From contig CANMVY010000002.1 of the NCBI GenBank assembly GCA_947501265.1, forward strand, positions 21,048 through 85,047: a stretch of 64,000 bases of DNA. The letters are read 5' to 3'. The number at the start of each line of letters is the position of its first letter. Positions within the stretch are counted from its first letter, which is position 1. The notes under the pieces were generated by a model. That model did no database searches. It was not told where the DNA came from and saw nothing but the letters and a program-made list of their open reading frames with translations. The DNA is from Bacteroidota bacterium. GTDB lineage: Bacteria > Bacteroidota > Bacteroidia > UBA7662 > CANHCV01. The position numbers and the translations under genes are program-made. Positions 11,375 to 22,300 of the stretch are shown piece after piece.

Positions 11375-13053
11375 GTCACGTACCTTCCGATATTGAAATT
11401 GCACAAGCAGCTAAACTTTCCCATATCAATGAAATTGCTAGCAAAGTTGGTATTTCATCGGACGATTTAGAACATTATGGCAAATTCAAAGCCAAATTAC
11501 CGCTTCATTTGATCGATGAATCTAAGGTTAAAAATTCGAATTTAATTTTAGTTTCTGCTATCAATCCAACTCCTGCTGGCGAAGGAAAAACAACAACAAG
11601 CATTGGATTAACTGAAGGACTTAATAAAATTGGTAAACAAGCTGTTGTAGTTCTTCGAGAGCCTTCACTTGGACCCGTTTTTGGTGTAAAAGGTGGAGCT
11701 GCTGGGGGCGGTTATTCTCAGGTGGTTCCCATGGAGGATATCAATTTGCATTTCACCGGTGATTTTTCGGCTGTTGAGAAAGCTAACAATCTTTTGGCTG
11801 CTTTGATTGACAATAATGTTCAAAACAAAGCGGAAAACAACTTGAATATCGATCCAAGAACTGTTGTTTGGAAACGGGTGATGGATATGAACGATCGTTC
11901 CTTGCGAAATCTCATTGTTGGATTGGGAGGAAAATCGGGCGGTATACCACGAGAAGGAGGATTTAACATTACGGCTGCTTCTGAAATCATGGCCATCCTT
12001 TGCCTTTCAAAAGATTTAGAAGATCTCAAAAATCGCTGTGGAAACATTTATGTTGGAAACACTTTTGACGGAAAACCTGTTTTTGCACGTGATTTAAAAG
12101 CACAAGGTGCCATGGCTGCCTTGTTGAAAGATGCGGTTAAGCCCAATATGGTACAAACCTTAGAAGGAAATCCAGCCATCATTCATGGAGGACCCTTTGC
12201 GAACATTGCGCAAGGAACCAATACGATCAATGCTACCAAATTGGGCATGACTGTTGCGCCTTACGTGGTGACTGAAGCCGGTTTCGGTGCCGATTTAGGT
12301 GCTGAGAAATTCCTAAACATTAAATGCGGATTCGCTGGCATTTCACCCAAAGCAGTGGTCATTGTTGCAACCATTCGTGCTTTGAAATACCACGGAGGAA
12401 TGAAATTGGATGAACTAAAATCCGAAAATTTAGAAGCACTAGCCAACGGATTAGAAAACCTTAAGAAACACATTGAAAACATTAAATCCTTCGGTCTACC
12501 ACCGGTGGTTTCCATCAATCGATTCGTATCCGACACGGAAGCCGAATTGCAATTGGTTTTTGATGCCGTTAAAGCGTTGGGTGCTAAAGTAGCTGTTGCA
12601 GAAGGATGGGCCAAAGGTGGAGAAGGAATGAAAGAGTTGGCTGAACGTGTGGTTGAAGCTATTGAAAGTTGCGAAGGCAACTACATTCCAACGTACGATT
12701 GGAACGACACTGTTGAAAATAAAATCAATGCCATTGCACAAAAAATTTATGGCGCTGCTGTTGTTGAATTTTCTTCCAAAGCAAAAACCGATTTGAAGAA
12801 GATTTACAAATTGGGAATGGATAAATTGCCCATTTGTATGGCTAAAACCCAATATAGTTTCACCGATGATCCGAAAAAATTAGGTCGTCCCACCGGGTTT
12901 ACATTAACCATTCGTGAATTTGAATTTGCCGCCGGGGCTGGTTTTATTGTACCCATTGTTGGGGAAATTCTTAGAATGCCCGGATTGCCTCAAATTCCAA
13001 GCGCTGAAGCCATTGACGTGGATGCAAATGGTGTCATTTCAGGTTTATTTTAA
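11371..13053 (+). CDS. fhs: Formate--tetrahydrofolate ligase
   Basis: Contains the PTPAGEGKTTT P-loop. Length is 560 aa, with full-length FTHFS-like sequence. Confidence 0.95.
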   Translation: MSHVPSDIEIAQAAKLSHINEIASKVGISSDDLEHYGKFKAKLPLHLIDESKVKNSNLILVSAINPTPAGEGKTTTSIGLTEGLNKIGKQAVVVLREPSLGPVFGVKGGAAGGGYSQVVPMEDINLHFTGDFSAVEKANNLLAALIDNNVQNKAENNLNIDPRTVVWKRVMDMNDRSLRNLIVGLGGKSGGIPREGGFNITAASEIMAILCLSKDLEDLKNRCGNIYVGNTFDGKPVFARDLKAQGAMAALLKDAVKPNMVQTLEGNPAIIHGGPFANIAQGTNTINATKLGMTVAPYVVTEAGFGADLGAEKFLNIKCGFAGISPKAVVIVATIRALKYHGGMKLDELKSENLEALANGLENLKKHIENIKSFGLPPVVSINRFVSDTEAELQLVFDAVKALGAKVAVAEGWAKGGEGMKELAERVVEAIESCEGNYIPTYDWNDTVENKINAIAQKIYGAAVVEFSSKAKTDLKKIYKLGMDKLPICMAKTQYSFTDDPKKLGRPTGFTLTIREFEFAAGAGFIVPIVGEILRMPGLPQIPSAEAIDVDANGVISGLF

Positions 13054-13056
13054 TGC

Positions 13057-14544
13057 ATGGTACAAGATCTTAATCAACTTTTCCAATCTGATCCAGATCG
13101 ATTTTCAAAATTGACTCTGGAGAATGATTTTTTGTTGGCAGATTTTTCGAAAAATCATATTGAATCACTTCGTTTGCTTCGAGAAGAGCAAATGAAAACC
13201 ATTGAATTAGTTCGAAAAAACTTTTTTGATGGGGAGAAGATCAATCACACCGAAGAACGTGCTGCCATGCATTTCCGCTTGAGGAGATCAGAAGTTAAGG
13301 ATGAGATAGATCAGGAAGTCTTTACCGTTCGCGATCAATTTTTGAATTTTGGAGACCTTACATATCATCAAAGAATTGTCGGATTTTCAGGTAGAGCAAT
13401 CGATACTGTGGTTAACATCGGTATCGGTGGTTCGGATTTGGGTCCGAAATTTCTGTACGATGCATTAAAAGATTACAGAGGTAATACCAAGGTTTATTTT
13501 GTTTCCAACATCGATGGACAAGCATTGAACGACGTATTGATGGAAATTAATCCAGAAACTACGTTATTTATCGTATGTTCAAAGACGTTTACGACCCAAG
13601 AAACCCTTCAAAATGCTCAATCCGCAAAAAGTTGGATGATTGAGAAAATGGGTAAAAATTGTATTTCAGACCATTTCGTGGCGGTTTCAACCCATGTTCA
13701 ACTAGCCAAAGAATTTGGCATCGATGAGTCGAGAATTTTCGGTTTTTGGGATTGGGTAGGGGGGAGGTATTCCCTTTGGAGTGCTGTTGGATTATCCTTG
13801 GTTTGTGCGATTGGCGCAACCCATTTTCGAGAATTATTGCAGGGAGCCGAATGCGCCGATTTGGCTTTTGAACATGATCCCATTGAAAAGAACCTTCCGG
13901 TTATTTTGGCTGGAATTGACCATCATTATTTTCAAAAAAACGGATTTAATTCCAAGGTTGTTGCCGCCTATTCTCACCGCTTAGCTTTGCTTGTTCCTTT
14001 CCTTCAACAGTTGGTCATGGAAAGCAATGGCAAAGGAGTTGATGTTGACGGGAAAACAGTTCAACGTTCGGGCGTTGTCTGGTGGGGCGCCCCAGGAACC
14101 GATGCTCAACATTCCTTTTTCCAGTTGATTCACCAAGGTACAGAAAAAATACACGTTGAGTTTATCGGAGTCACCCAACAACCTCATTCCCAGCAAGAGC
14201 ACCAAACAAAGCTGTTATCTAATTTATTTGCTCAATCCAGAGCGTTGATGATTGGTCAAAAATCCACCTCTCCTGAAAAGAACTTCTCGGGAAATCGCCC
14301 ATCATCAACCCTTCTTCTGAAAGAAATTACGCCACGATCGATGGGCTATTTGGTAGCTACGTATGAACATCGCGTATTGTGCGAAGCTGCCTTGTTCAAC
14401 ATCAATCCTTTCGATCAATTTGGTGTAGAACTAGGGAAAAAGCTTTGCAATGAACTTCTTCCGTTTATTCAAAACGCTTTAAATCCACAGAATTTGGATT
14501 CCTCAACGGTTGGTTTGATTCAATATTTTCATAAAAATGGGTAA
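13057..14544 (+). CDS. pgi: Glucose-6-phosphate isomerase
   Basis: Carries the PGI signatures GIGGSDLGPKF and GGRYSLWSAVG. Confidence 0.9.
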   Translation: MVQDLNQLFQSDPDRFSKLTLENDFLLADFSKNHIESLRLLREEQMKTIELVRKNFFDGEKINHTEERAAMHFRLRRSEVKDEIDQEVFTVRDQFLNFGDLTYHQRIVGFSGRAIDTVVNIGIGGSDLGPKFLYDALKDYRGNTKVYFVSNIDGQALNDVLMEINPETTLFIVCSKTFTTQETLQNAQSAKSWMIEKMGKNCISDHFVAVSTHVQLAKEFGIDESRIFGFWDWVGGRYSLWSAVGLSLVCAIGATHFRELLQGAECADLAFEHDPIEKNLPVILAGIDHHYFQKNGFNSKVVAAYSHRLALLVPFLQQLVMESNGKGVDVDGKTVQRSGVVWWGAPGTDAQHSFFQLIHQGTEKIHVEFIGVTQQPHSQQEHQTKLLSNLFAQSRALMIGQKSTSPEKNFSGNRPSSTLLLKEITPRSMGYLVATYEHRVLCEAALFNINPFDQFGVELGKKLCNELLPFIQNALNPQNLDSSTVGLIQYFHKNG

Positions 14545-15472
14545 ATTTTTAAAATTTCAGCCCATTTTCTTGCCCAAAATTTGGGGAGGCAATCATATTT
14601 CAAAAATGAAAGATTGGAATGCATCCGTCCCTCATAACTGTGGCGAAGTTTGGCTTGTTTCCGATGTTTTGAGTCAGGAAACGCTGATTTTTAATACTCG
14701 TCAAACGCTAAGCGAACTCATTCAATCTGATCATCAAAACGAGTATTTTTCCACTTCATTCAGAACCAAATACAACCGTTTTCCTCTTCTCATTAAAATT
14801 ATTGATGCACGAGAAGACCTTTCCATTCAGGTGCACCCCAACGATGAAATTGCGCTTAAAAAACACGGCTCCTTAGGAAAATCAGAATCATGGATTATTC
14901 TGGATCACGAAGAAGATGCTTCTTTATACTTGGGTTGGAAAAGAGCAATGACACCTGAAGAAATTCAAATTGCTAGCCAAGAAGGTTGGATTGACGATGA
15001 AATTAACCACATCAAGGTCAAGAAAAATGATCTTTTCTATATTCCTGCAGGTTTGGTACATAGCATCGGAAAAGGAATTGTTCTAGGTGAAATACAGCAA
15101 TCTTCAGATGTAACTTATCGGTTATTTGACTTTAATCGAACGGATTCAAATGGCAATCTCCGTGACCTCCATTTAGAAGATTCTTTGGAAGCAGTATCAT
15201 TGGATAAATACACTTCAGATTTTTCAACTTCCTCGAGCATCGTTTCAAATTATTTCTCTTATTCTATCCATACCTTGGAAGCCAATCAATCGCTTTCAAT
15301 TTCCAACAATCAATTGCTGTGGCTCACTGAAGGACAGGATCTTGTTCTGTCCACTCAGGATGAAACCATGATCGTTCAAAAACATGAACCAATCTGGATT
15401 CCCAATTCACTAGAACAAATAACCTTGAAGTCGAATTCTTCTGTTACGTTTTTAACCGTTCAAATTCCATGA
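14537..15472 (+). CDS. manA: Type I mannose-6-phosphate isomerase
   Basis: Contains the QVHPND, SESW and LVHSIG metal-binding motifs of class I PMI. Confidence 0.8.
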   Translation: MGKFLKFQPIFLPKIWGGNHISKMKDWNASVPHNCGEVWLVSDVLSQETLIFNTRQTLSELIQSDHQNEYFSTSFRTKYNRFPLLIKIIDAREDLSIQVHPNDEIALKKHGSLGKSESWIILDHEEDASLYLGWKRAMTPEEIQIASQEGWIDDEINHIKVKKNDLFYIPAGLVHSIGKGIVLGEIQQSSDVTYRLFDFNRTDSNGNLRDLHLEDSLEAVSLDKYTSDFSTSSSIVSNYFSYSIHTLEANQSLSISNNQLLWLTEGQDLVLSTQDETMIVQKHEPIWIPNSLEQITLKSNSSVTFLTVQIP

Positions 15473-16167
15473 GATCAATTGAATTTATTGATCTAGGTAT
15501 TCGAGATTATAAAGAGGTTTGGGACATCCAAGAGAATTATTTCAAGGAATCCATTGAAATAAAAATTCAGAATAAAAACAATCAAACCAATTTTTTGCCT
15601 ACAAACAGAGTAATTTTTGTAGAGCATCCTCCTGTTTACACGTTAGGCAAATCAGGAAAAAAAGAAAATCTTCTTCTAAACGAAACCCAACTTAAGGAAT
15701 TAGGAGCCACTTTTTATCCCATTAATCGAGGTGGCGATATCACATTTCATGGTCCTGGACAATTGGTGGTTTATCCATTGCTCGACTTAGAACAATTTAC
15801 ACCCAGTTTAAATGCTTTCGTTTCTTCCCTGGAAAAATGTGTCATTCATGTTTGCCAACATTACGGCATTGATGCCGAGCCGTACGATGGTTACACGGGA
15901 GTTTGGATTGAGCCCGGAATTGTAGGAAAAGAACGAAAAATTTGCGCAATTGGACTCAAATCCAGTCGGTGGTGCACCATGCATGGAATTGCATTTAATA
16001 TCAATACCCAGCTCGAATTTTTTGATCACATGATTCCATGCGGAATCGATGATAAATCAGTAACCTCTCTTGAAAAAGAACTAGGGGGGAAAGTAGATTT
16101 CGCTGAAGTAAAATCCTTGTTTTTAGCTGCTTTTTTCGAAGAATTTAAGGCCCAAATCATTTCGTGA
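15469..16167 (+). CDS. lipB: Lipoyl(octanoyl) transferase
   Basis: Contains the RGGDITFHGPGQLVVYP and KICAIG motifs. Confidence 0.92.
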   Translation: MRSIEFIDLGIRDYKEVWDIQENYFKESIEIKIQNKNNQTNFLPTNRVIFVEHPPVYTLGKSGKKENLLLNETQLKELGATFYPINRGGDITFHGPGQLVVYPLLDLEQFTPSLNAFVSSLEKCVIHVCQHYGIDAEPYDGYTGVWIEPGIVGKERKICAIGLKSSRWCTMHGIAFNINTQLEFFDHMIPCGIDDKSVTSLEKELGGKVDFAEVKSLFLAAFFEEFKAQIIS

Positions 16168-16835
16168 AATACTTTATTACCATCGGGTTTTCCATCCTTC
16201 TGCTATTGCTCGTTGCAAGCCAAGCACTGAATAGCAAACTGGAAAATATTTTTAAAGAAGAGCTCAATCAATTGGCCAAGGGAGAACTTCAATATTCTAC
16301 TTTCTCAACTTCTTTTTTTAAAAACTTCCCAGAAATTTCCATAAAATTTTCTCATGTCATTCTCCTTAATGACACTTCAAAAATTGATACTTTGGTTAAA
16401 TTGGAAAGCATTCAAGCCAATTTTTCCCCTTTTTCCCTTTTTGAAGAACAAATTCAAATTTCAAAAATCAAATTCAACAACCCAGAAATTTTTTTGGATT
16501 ATCTTGAAAAATGGAAAATCTTTAGAAGAAATTGGAAATCAGAAAAAATCACTGTTCAGCATGCTCAAATCCAATTTCCTTTTTCAAGTTGGATTTATTA
16601 CCGGAAAAGAAAAAAAATATCCTATTTTCCTAATCTTCCAACCATCGATTTATCTACCTTAGAATCATCTTCTCGCATACAAACGACTGTTTTAGTAAGA
16701 AAATTAAATCAACCAGATCAATCAAGAATAGAATTTATTGCGTTAAATCTCAAGGAAGGAACCTTGATTTTTGAAGATTCTGTTGGCGTTTTCGGTAGGG
16801 AAGGATTAAAAAAAATCATGTTTTATGAGCAGTAA
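16164..16835 (+). CDS. Membrane-anchored hypothetical protein with AsmA-like N-terminal region
   Basis: GTG start in a GTGA overlap with the lipB stop. An N-terminal TM helix is followed by ..FSTSFFKNFPEISIKFSHVILLND.., which resembles AsmA N-termini. The coding sequence is low-complexity and AT-rich. Confidence 0.45.
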   Translation: MKYFITIGFSILLLLLVASQALNSKLENIFKEELNQLAKGELQYSTFSTSFFKNFPEISIKFSHVILLNDTSKIDTLVKLESIQANFSPFSLFEEQIQISKIKFNNPEIFLDYLEKWKIFRRNWKSEKITVQHAQIQFPFSSWIYYRKRKKISYFPNLPTIDLSTLESSSRIQTTVLVRKLNQPDQSRIEFIALNLKEGTLIFEDSVGVFGREGLKKIMFYEQ

Positions 16836-18048
16836 ACGAATAGCCATTGTAGGCGGTGGCGCTTCAGGATATTTTACAGCTATTCAGGCTGCACAAAATT
16901 CAAGTCATTCTAAAATATTCATTTTCGAAAAATCAAAGGATGTCCTTCAAAAAGTGCGCATTTCAGGTGGAGGAAGATGTAATGTTACCCACGCATGTTT
17001 TGATCCGAAAGAGTTAACAAAATATTACCCCCGTGGAGAGAAAGAATTATTAGGGCCATTCCATAAATTCTGCACCGGAGATACCATGGATTGGTTTGAA
17101 AAAAGAGGAGTAGAACTTAAAATTGAAGATGATCTACGGGTTTTTCCCGTGTCCGATTCAAGTGAAGACATTGCACAAGCCCTTATCCGAGAGGCCAGAA
17201 ATAATCAGGTCGAAGTATTTACCCAAATGCCCGTGGTTGATATTCGTAAAAAAGACGAAGGATTTGTGATCGAATTTGCAAATGGACAGCAGAGTTACTT
17301 TGATCAAGTGGTAATTTCATCAGGATCTTCTGGTAAGATTTGGGAAATTCTTGAAAATTTAGGTCATACCATCGTTCAACCCGTTCCAAGTTTATTTACC
17401 TTTAACATCAAAGATACCCGATTGAATAACCTTCAAGGAGTATCGGTTCCATTGGTTCATTCTAAAATTGAAGGAACCCCATTTGAAACAACAGGCCCTC
17501 TTTTAATTACACATTGGGGTGTTTCTGGCCCAGGAATTTTGAAATTATCGGCCATTGGAGCTCGGAAGTTAGCAGAAATGAATTACGAGGCTACCATTGT
17601 TTTAAACTGGCTTGGTGAGATGGAAGAACGTGATGCCTTTTCTACCTTGGAGGATTGGAAAAATGAAAATCCCAAAAAGCAGATCATCTCAAGTCCCTTT
17701 TCTGCAATTTCCAAGAGGTTATGGACGAAACTAATTGAACATGCACATTTGGAGGGAGAAGATACTTGGGCCAACGTGCCGCATGCCTCCCTTCAGCGAT
17801 TGGCCCATCAACTCACCCATGCAAAATTTTCCATGAAAGGCAAAAGTACCAATAAGGAAGAATTCGTAACCGCTGGAGGTGTTGAATTGAAAGAAATTGA
17901 TTTTAAGAATTTCCAAAGCAAAATTGTCCCCCATTTATTTTTAGTGGGCGAATGCATCAACATTGATGCCGTAACAGGTGGTTTTAATTTCCAAGCCGCT
18001 TGGACCGGTGGATTTTTAGCTGGAAATTATCTTTCACAAAATCCATGA
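16825..18048 (+). CDS. HI0933/YhiN(BaiN)-family NAD(P)/FAD-dependent oxidoreductase
   Basis: Contains the dinucleotide fold IAIVGGGASG, the family motif ISGGGRCNVTH and the C-terminal GECINIDAVTGGFNFQ. Confidence 0.85.
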   Translation: MSSKRIAIVGGGASGYFTAIQAAQNSSHSKIFIFEKSKDVLQKVRISGGGRCNVTHACFDPKELTKYYPRGEKELLGPFHKFCTGDTMDWFEKRGVELKIEDDLRVFPVSDSSEDIAQALIREARNNQVEVFTQMPVVDIRKKDEGFVIEFANGQQSYFDQVVISSGSSGKIWEILENLGHTIVQPVPSLFTFNIKDTRLNNLQGVSVPLVHSKIEGTPFETTGPLLITHWGVSGPGILKLSAIGARKLAEMNYEATIVLNWLGEMEERDAFSTLEDWKNENPKKQIISSPFSAISKRLWTKLIEHAHLEGEDTWANVPHASLQRLAHQLTHAKFSMKGKSTNKEEFVTAGGVELKEIDFKNFQSKIVPHLFLVGECINIDAVTGGFNFQAAWTGGFLAGNYLSQNP

Positions 18049-19319
18049 ACCCACAAATTCCATTAGCAGAGCGTTTACGTCCGAAAAACCTGGATGATTT
18101 CATTGGACAGGATCATTTGGTCGGAAAAGGAAAACCTCTTCGAAATATGATTGAAAGCGGAAGCTTTCCTTCCATTATTTTATGGGGGCCACAAGGAGTA
18201 GGAAAAACAACCCTGGCCCAAATTTTGGCCCAATCGGTAAATCGCCCCTTTCATTTTCTCTCTGCCATTGAGGCTGGTGTAAAAGATTTAAGGGAAATTA
18301 TTCAATCGGCCAAAGGATTGTTTCCTCCCGTTTTGTTTATTGATGAGATTCATCGGTTCAATAAATCACAACAAGATGCTCTGTTAGGTGCTGTAGAAAA
18401 AGGACGAATTTCACTCATCGGAGCAACTACAGAAAACCCTTCGTTTGAGATTAATTCCGCCTTACTATCAAGATGTCAAGTCCTTGTTCTCGAACAACAT
18501 AGCTCTGAACAATTGAATGATCTATTGAACAGAGCTCTTCGAGCCGATGAATGGTTGAAAAATCAAAAAATTACCCTAAAAGAAACGAACGATCTCTTCA
18601 AATTTTCGGGTGGCGATGCCCGAAAATTGCTCAATTTATTGGAAGCCGTGGTTTTCTCCATCTTGGCTGAAAAGAAAAAAATCATCACCAATGATCTAGT
18701 TCAAAAAGTAGCTGCTAATAATTTTTCCCGATACGACAAATCCGGTGAGCAGCATTACGACATCATCAGCGCATTCATCAAATCCATCCGTGGAAGCGAT
18801 CCGCAAGCGGCTGTTTATTGGTTAGCGCGAATGATTCATGGAGGGGAAGATGCAAAATTCATTGCGCGAAGAATGCTCATTTTAGCATCGGAAGACATTG
18901 GGAATGCCAACCCCACTGCCATGATTTTAGCTAACAATACTTTTCAAGCGGTGCACCAAGTGGGGATGCCCGAATCGCGCATCATTCTTTCTCAATGCGC
19001 TATTTATTTGGCGTGCAGTACCAAATCCAATTCCAGTTATTTGGCCATCGATTTAGCTTTGGATGAAGTTCGAAAGAATCCAAATTTGGAAGTTCCTTTA
19101 CACCTCCGAAATTCACCCACCAAATTGATGAAACAATTGGGATACGGAGAAGGCTATTTGTACGCCCACCATTACGAAAACAATTTTGTTAAGCAATCTT
19201 TCTTACCTTCAGAATTGGAAAACCAAGAATTTTTTACACCCGGTAAAAATCCTCGGGAACAAGAAATGCAACAATTCCTAGATAAGCGCTGGGGAAAGGG
19301 GCCTAACGGAACAAAGTAA
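18045..19319 (+). CDS. rarA: Replication-associated recombination protein A (AAA+ ATPase)
   Basis: The N-terminus reads PLAERLRPKNLDDFIGQDHL, with Walker A GPQGVGKTT and Walker B FIDEIHRF. I place the start at ATG 18045 (ATGA overlap); the track ORF starts at 18000. Confidence 0.92.
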   Translation: MNPQIPLAERLRPKNLDDFIGQDHLVGKGKPLRNMIESGSFPSIILWGPQGVGKTTLAQILAQSVNRPFHFLSAIEAGVKDLREIIQSAKGLFPPVLFIDEIHRFNKSQQDALLGAVEKGRISLIGATTENPSFEINSALLSRCQVLVLEQHSSEQLNDLLNRALRADEWLKNQKITLKETNDLFKFSGGDARKLLNLLEAVVFSILAEKKKIITNDLVQKVAANNFSRYDKSGEQHYDIISAFIKSIRGSDPQAAVYWLARMIHGGEDAKFIARRMLILASEDIGNANPTAMILANNTFQAVHQVGMPESRIILSQCAIYLACSTKSNSSYLAIDLALDEVRKNPNLEVPLHLRNSPTKLMKQLGYGEGYLYAHHYENNFVKQSFLPSELENQEFFTPGKNPREQEMQQFLDKRWGKGPNGTK

Positions 19320-22300
19320 CCAAGCCTTGCCAACGGTAGGTTTTGCCATTTTTTCCTACGGCATTCACCAAATATGGATAAACCCCAACCGTGCAAACTT
19401 TCCCGTTCAATTTTCCATCCCAAGATACTTTTTCTCCCTCTCCCTTAAAAATTTCTTGTCCCCAACGGTCGAAGATATGCACTTCGATTACCGATAAATT
19501 AAATCCTTCAAAAATCAAATTCTCATTAATCCCATCGTTGTTGGGTGAGAATGCATTCGGAATCACCAACTTCACGGAATCGATAAGAATGAATCGGTAT
19601 TCAAAGGTATCCTTACAAACAGGATTTGCACTTTCCACCAAAAGTTTCGGAATATAAATTCCCTCTTTTTGATAAATGTGGGATGGATTTACTACGTTTT
19701 TCAGCAGCGTTCCATCATCAAAATCCCAATCAAAGACAACGGCATTGGAGGAGCTTTTATTAAAAAATTTTACTTCTTGTGGAGCGTATCCCGTATCAAT
19801 GTTTACGTCGAATTGGGCAGAAATGGAAGACCGGAAAACAGAAACTGAATCGGGTTTACTTCTACACTTCCCTTGATTAACCACTACGGAATACCATTGA
19901 ATAGAATCATTCACAGCAACAGTAATCGAGGGTGTTTTCTGTCCACTGCTCCACAAAAATCCAGATCCTCCACTGGCAGTTAGTGTAATGGTGGTACCCA
20001 AACAACCTATGATATCTGGCCCAGCGTTAGCAACAACCGAGAAGAAGATTTTAACAATCACCGAGTCAAGCAAAGTACAACCATCTTTTGTAGTGTACCT
20101 GAAATAGACGGTATCGGTTGAGTTAGGCGAATAATAGGGATAGGCGTTAGAGTCTAAAAATCCCACATGTTTGCTTTCCCAAATCCAAGTAGAGATAAGA
20201 GAAGTATCTTGGTTTGCCCACAATCGAATGGAATCTCCGGCACAAATGCTCGTATCTGTTTCAATAATGGGATTTAAAGTGTTAAAAACAATGATTTGAA
20301 TGGAGTCTTTACTTTTACAGCCGTTTGAATCTGTTCCTAAAACGAAATACTTTCTTGTAAGCGGAGGTCGGGCAACTGGATTAAAAATTGAGGTATCGGA
20401 TAAGGTTGAGTCTGTATTCCAGGAATATGTGATTCCACCTGACGCGATTAACTGAACCGACTGCCCTTGACACATTTTTGGTGGTCCTGAAATTCGAATT
20501 TGAGGCGGCGGAAAAATCGTAACTTCTTTTACAATGGTATCGGTGTTAAAGCAATTCTTGACAAAGAGTTTAACGTAATATTTTCGGGGAATGGAAAACG
20601 TGTGTTGTGGATTAAGCTGGGTTGAGGTGGTGCCATCATCAAAATCCCAATAGAGGCTATCTGGACTTCCAGAAAGGCATTGAAATTGAACTTTCACTCC
20701 TTGACATGCTTGCAAATTCTGAGAGGATTGAATGGTAAAATTGGCTTGAATTCGAACAAATTGAAAATCCAATTTAAAAATGGCCATGTTACAATTGGAT
20801 GAATTGTTCGTTCGCGAATAGGCATTTGGAGTCGTTGGAAAATCCGAAAATCCGCCACAACCTGCGCATGCGGCATGGTAAACGATCCCTTGAGGGTCAA
20901 ATCTCGATGTGCCGCCATCCACGTGCTCGCCACTGATATTTCCACCTAAAAAAGAACCGTACAACAAACTATCTGCATCTTTTTCCAAAACAACCAAGTA
21001 ATAATCATTCCCGTTGGTGGAATCTTTTAGGGCATCGGGAGTTGTTGGCAATCCAAGAGTATTTCCCTGACTTGGGTTGGTCCCCAAGAGGTTATTCAAA
21101 TTCCCTCCCCATCCTGATAAATAAATCCTGCCGCAAACATCAACTAAAAAAGCCGTTGGTGAAAAATCTGGTCCGGAATGATTTCCACTTCCAATAATTG
21201 TAGAAAGAGTCCTTTGAGATAAATTAGAAGAAAACCTTTGAGCGAAAACCTTACCACCAACATTCCCGTATTTCCCTTGCGAAATAGGAAAACTCCCCTC
21301 GGTTTGTCCAGCAACAAAAACATTTCCCAATTGATCGGTTTGAATCAAGAAAACCTGGTCGTAATTCGGTGTTCCAACAAAAGTTCCATGGAGAATTTGA
21401 GTTCCGAAGGTATCGATTTCAAAAACAAACCCATCGACCGTATCCACAAAACTTGTTTGAAATCCTCCCGGAAAAGGATTTAAATTCCTGCTCATCGTTC
21501 CTCCTCCAACATAAATGCGGTTTTGATCTGAAACGTGAATGGCGTAAGCTGCATCGTAATCGTTTCCTCCCCAATAAGTACTAAATCGTAAACGACGCAA
21601 ATCAGGACTAAATGAAGAAATCACAGCATCTTGTAATCCTCTCAAAGTATCTTGAATAGCTGGCGAAACAACTGGAAAATTGGACGATTTGGTATTGGAA
21701 ACCAAGTAAATATTTCCATGTTGATCCAAATTAATTTCTCCCCTGCAATAATCTCCATAGTTATAATTCACGAAATTGCCAGAGTTCCAAATGGTACTAC
21801 TCGAATTATTAAAGGCATCATCTTCAAATCCTCCTAGGAACGTAGATCCAAGCAAAACGGTACCAGAATCATTAAATTTAGAAATAACGATGTCCCAATT
21901 TCCGTTGTGAGTGGTATCAAAACCATTGGAATCAACTGGGAAATCTGCGCTTAAGCTATGACCCAAAACATACAGTTGACCCAGAGAATCGGTAATTAAA
22001 CTCATGGGTTCATCGTTTTGAATTCCTCCTAAAAAAGTACTGTAAAGAATTTGAGAACCCGAACTATCAAATTTGGTAATAACGATGTCATGATTGGTTG
22101 CGGAACCATTGTAACTGGTATCGATGGCACCAAATGAAACCGGATAAAATGCTCCACGAACAATACCTCCAGCATAGGCGTTTCCCCATTTATCGTAAGT
22201 GGCCGTAAATCCCCAATTGTCCGATAGTCCGCCTGTAAAAGTACTGAACTGCAAAACTGGATCGATCACAATGGGTGAAGGTGAAATTAAATTTTGAATG

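Noticed and set aside
12261-12852. Two minus-strand ORFs (139 and 118 aa) inside fhs
   Set aside because: They are antisense to formate-tetrahydrofolate ligase, which is conserved over its full length. No independent support exists.
16354-16662. 102-aa alternative-frame ORF within 16164-16835, considered as evidence of a frameshifted pseudogene
   Set aside because: The main frame is uninterrupted from the GTG start to the stop. The alternative frame is a by-product of AT-rich, low-complexity sequence. I see no homopolymer disruption that would join the frames.
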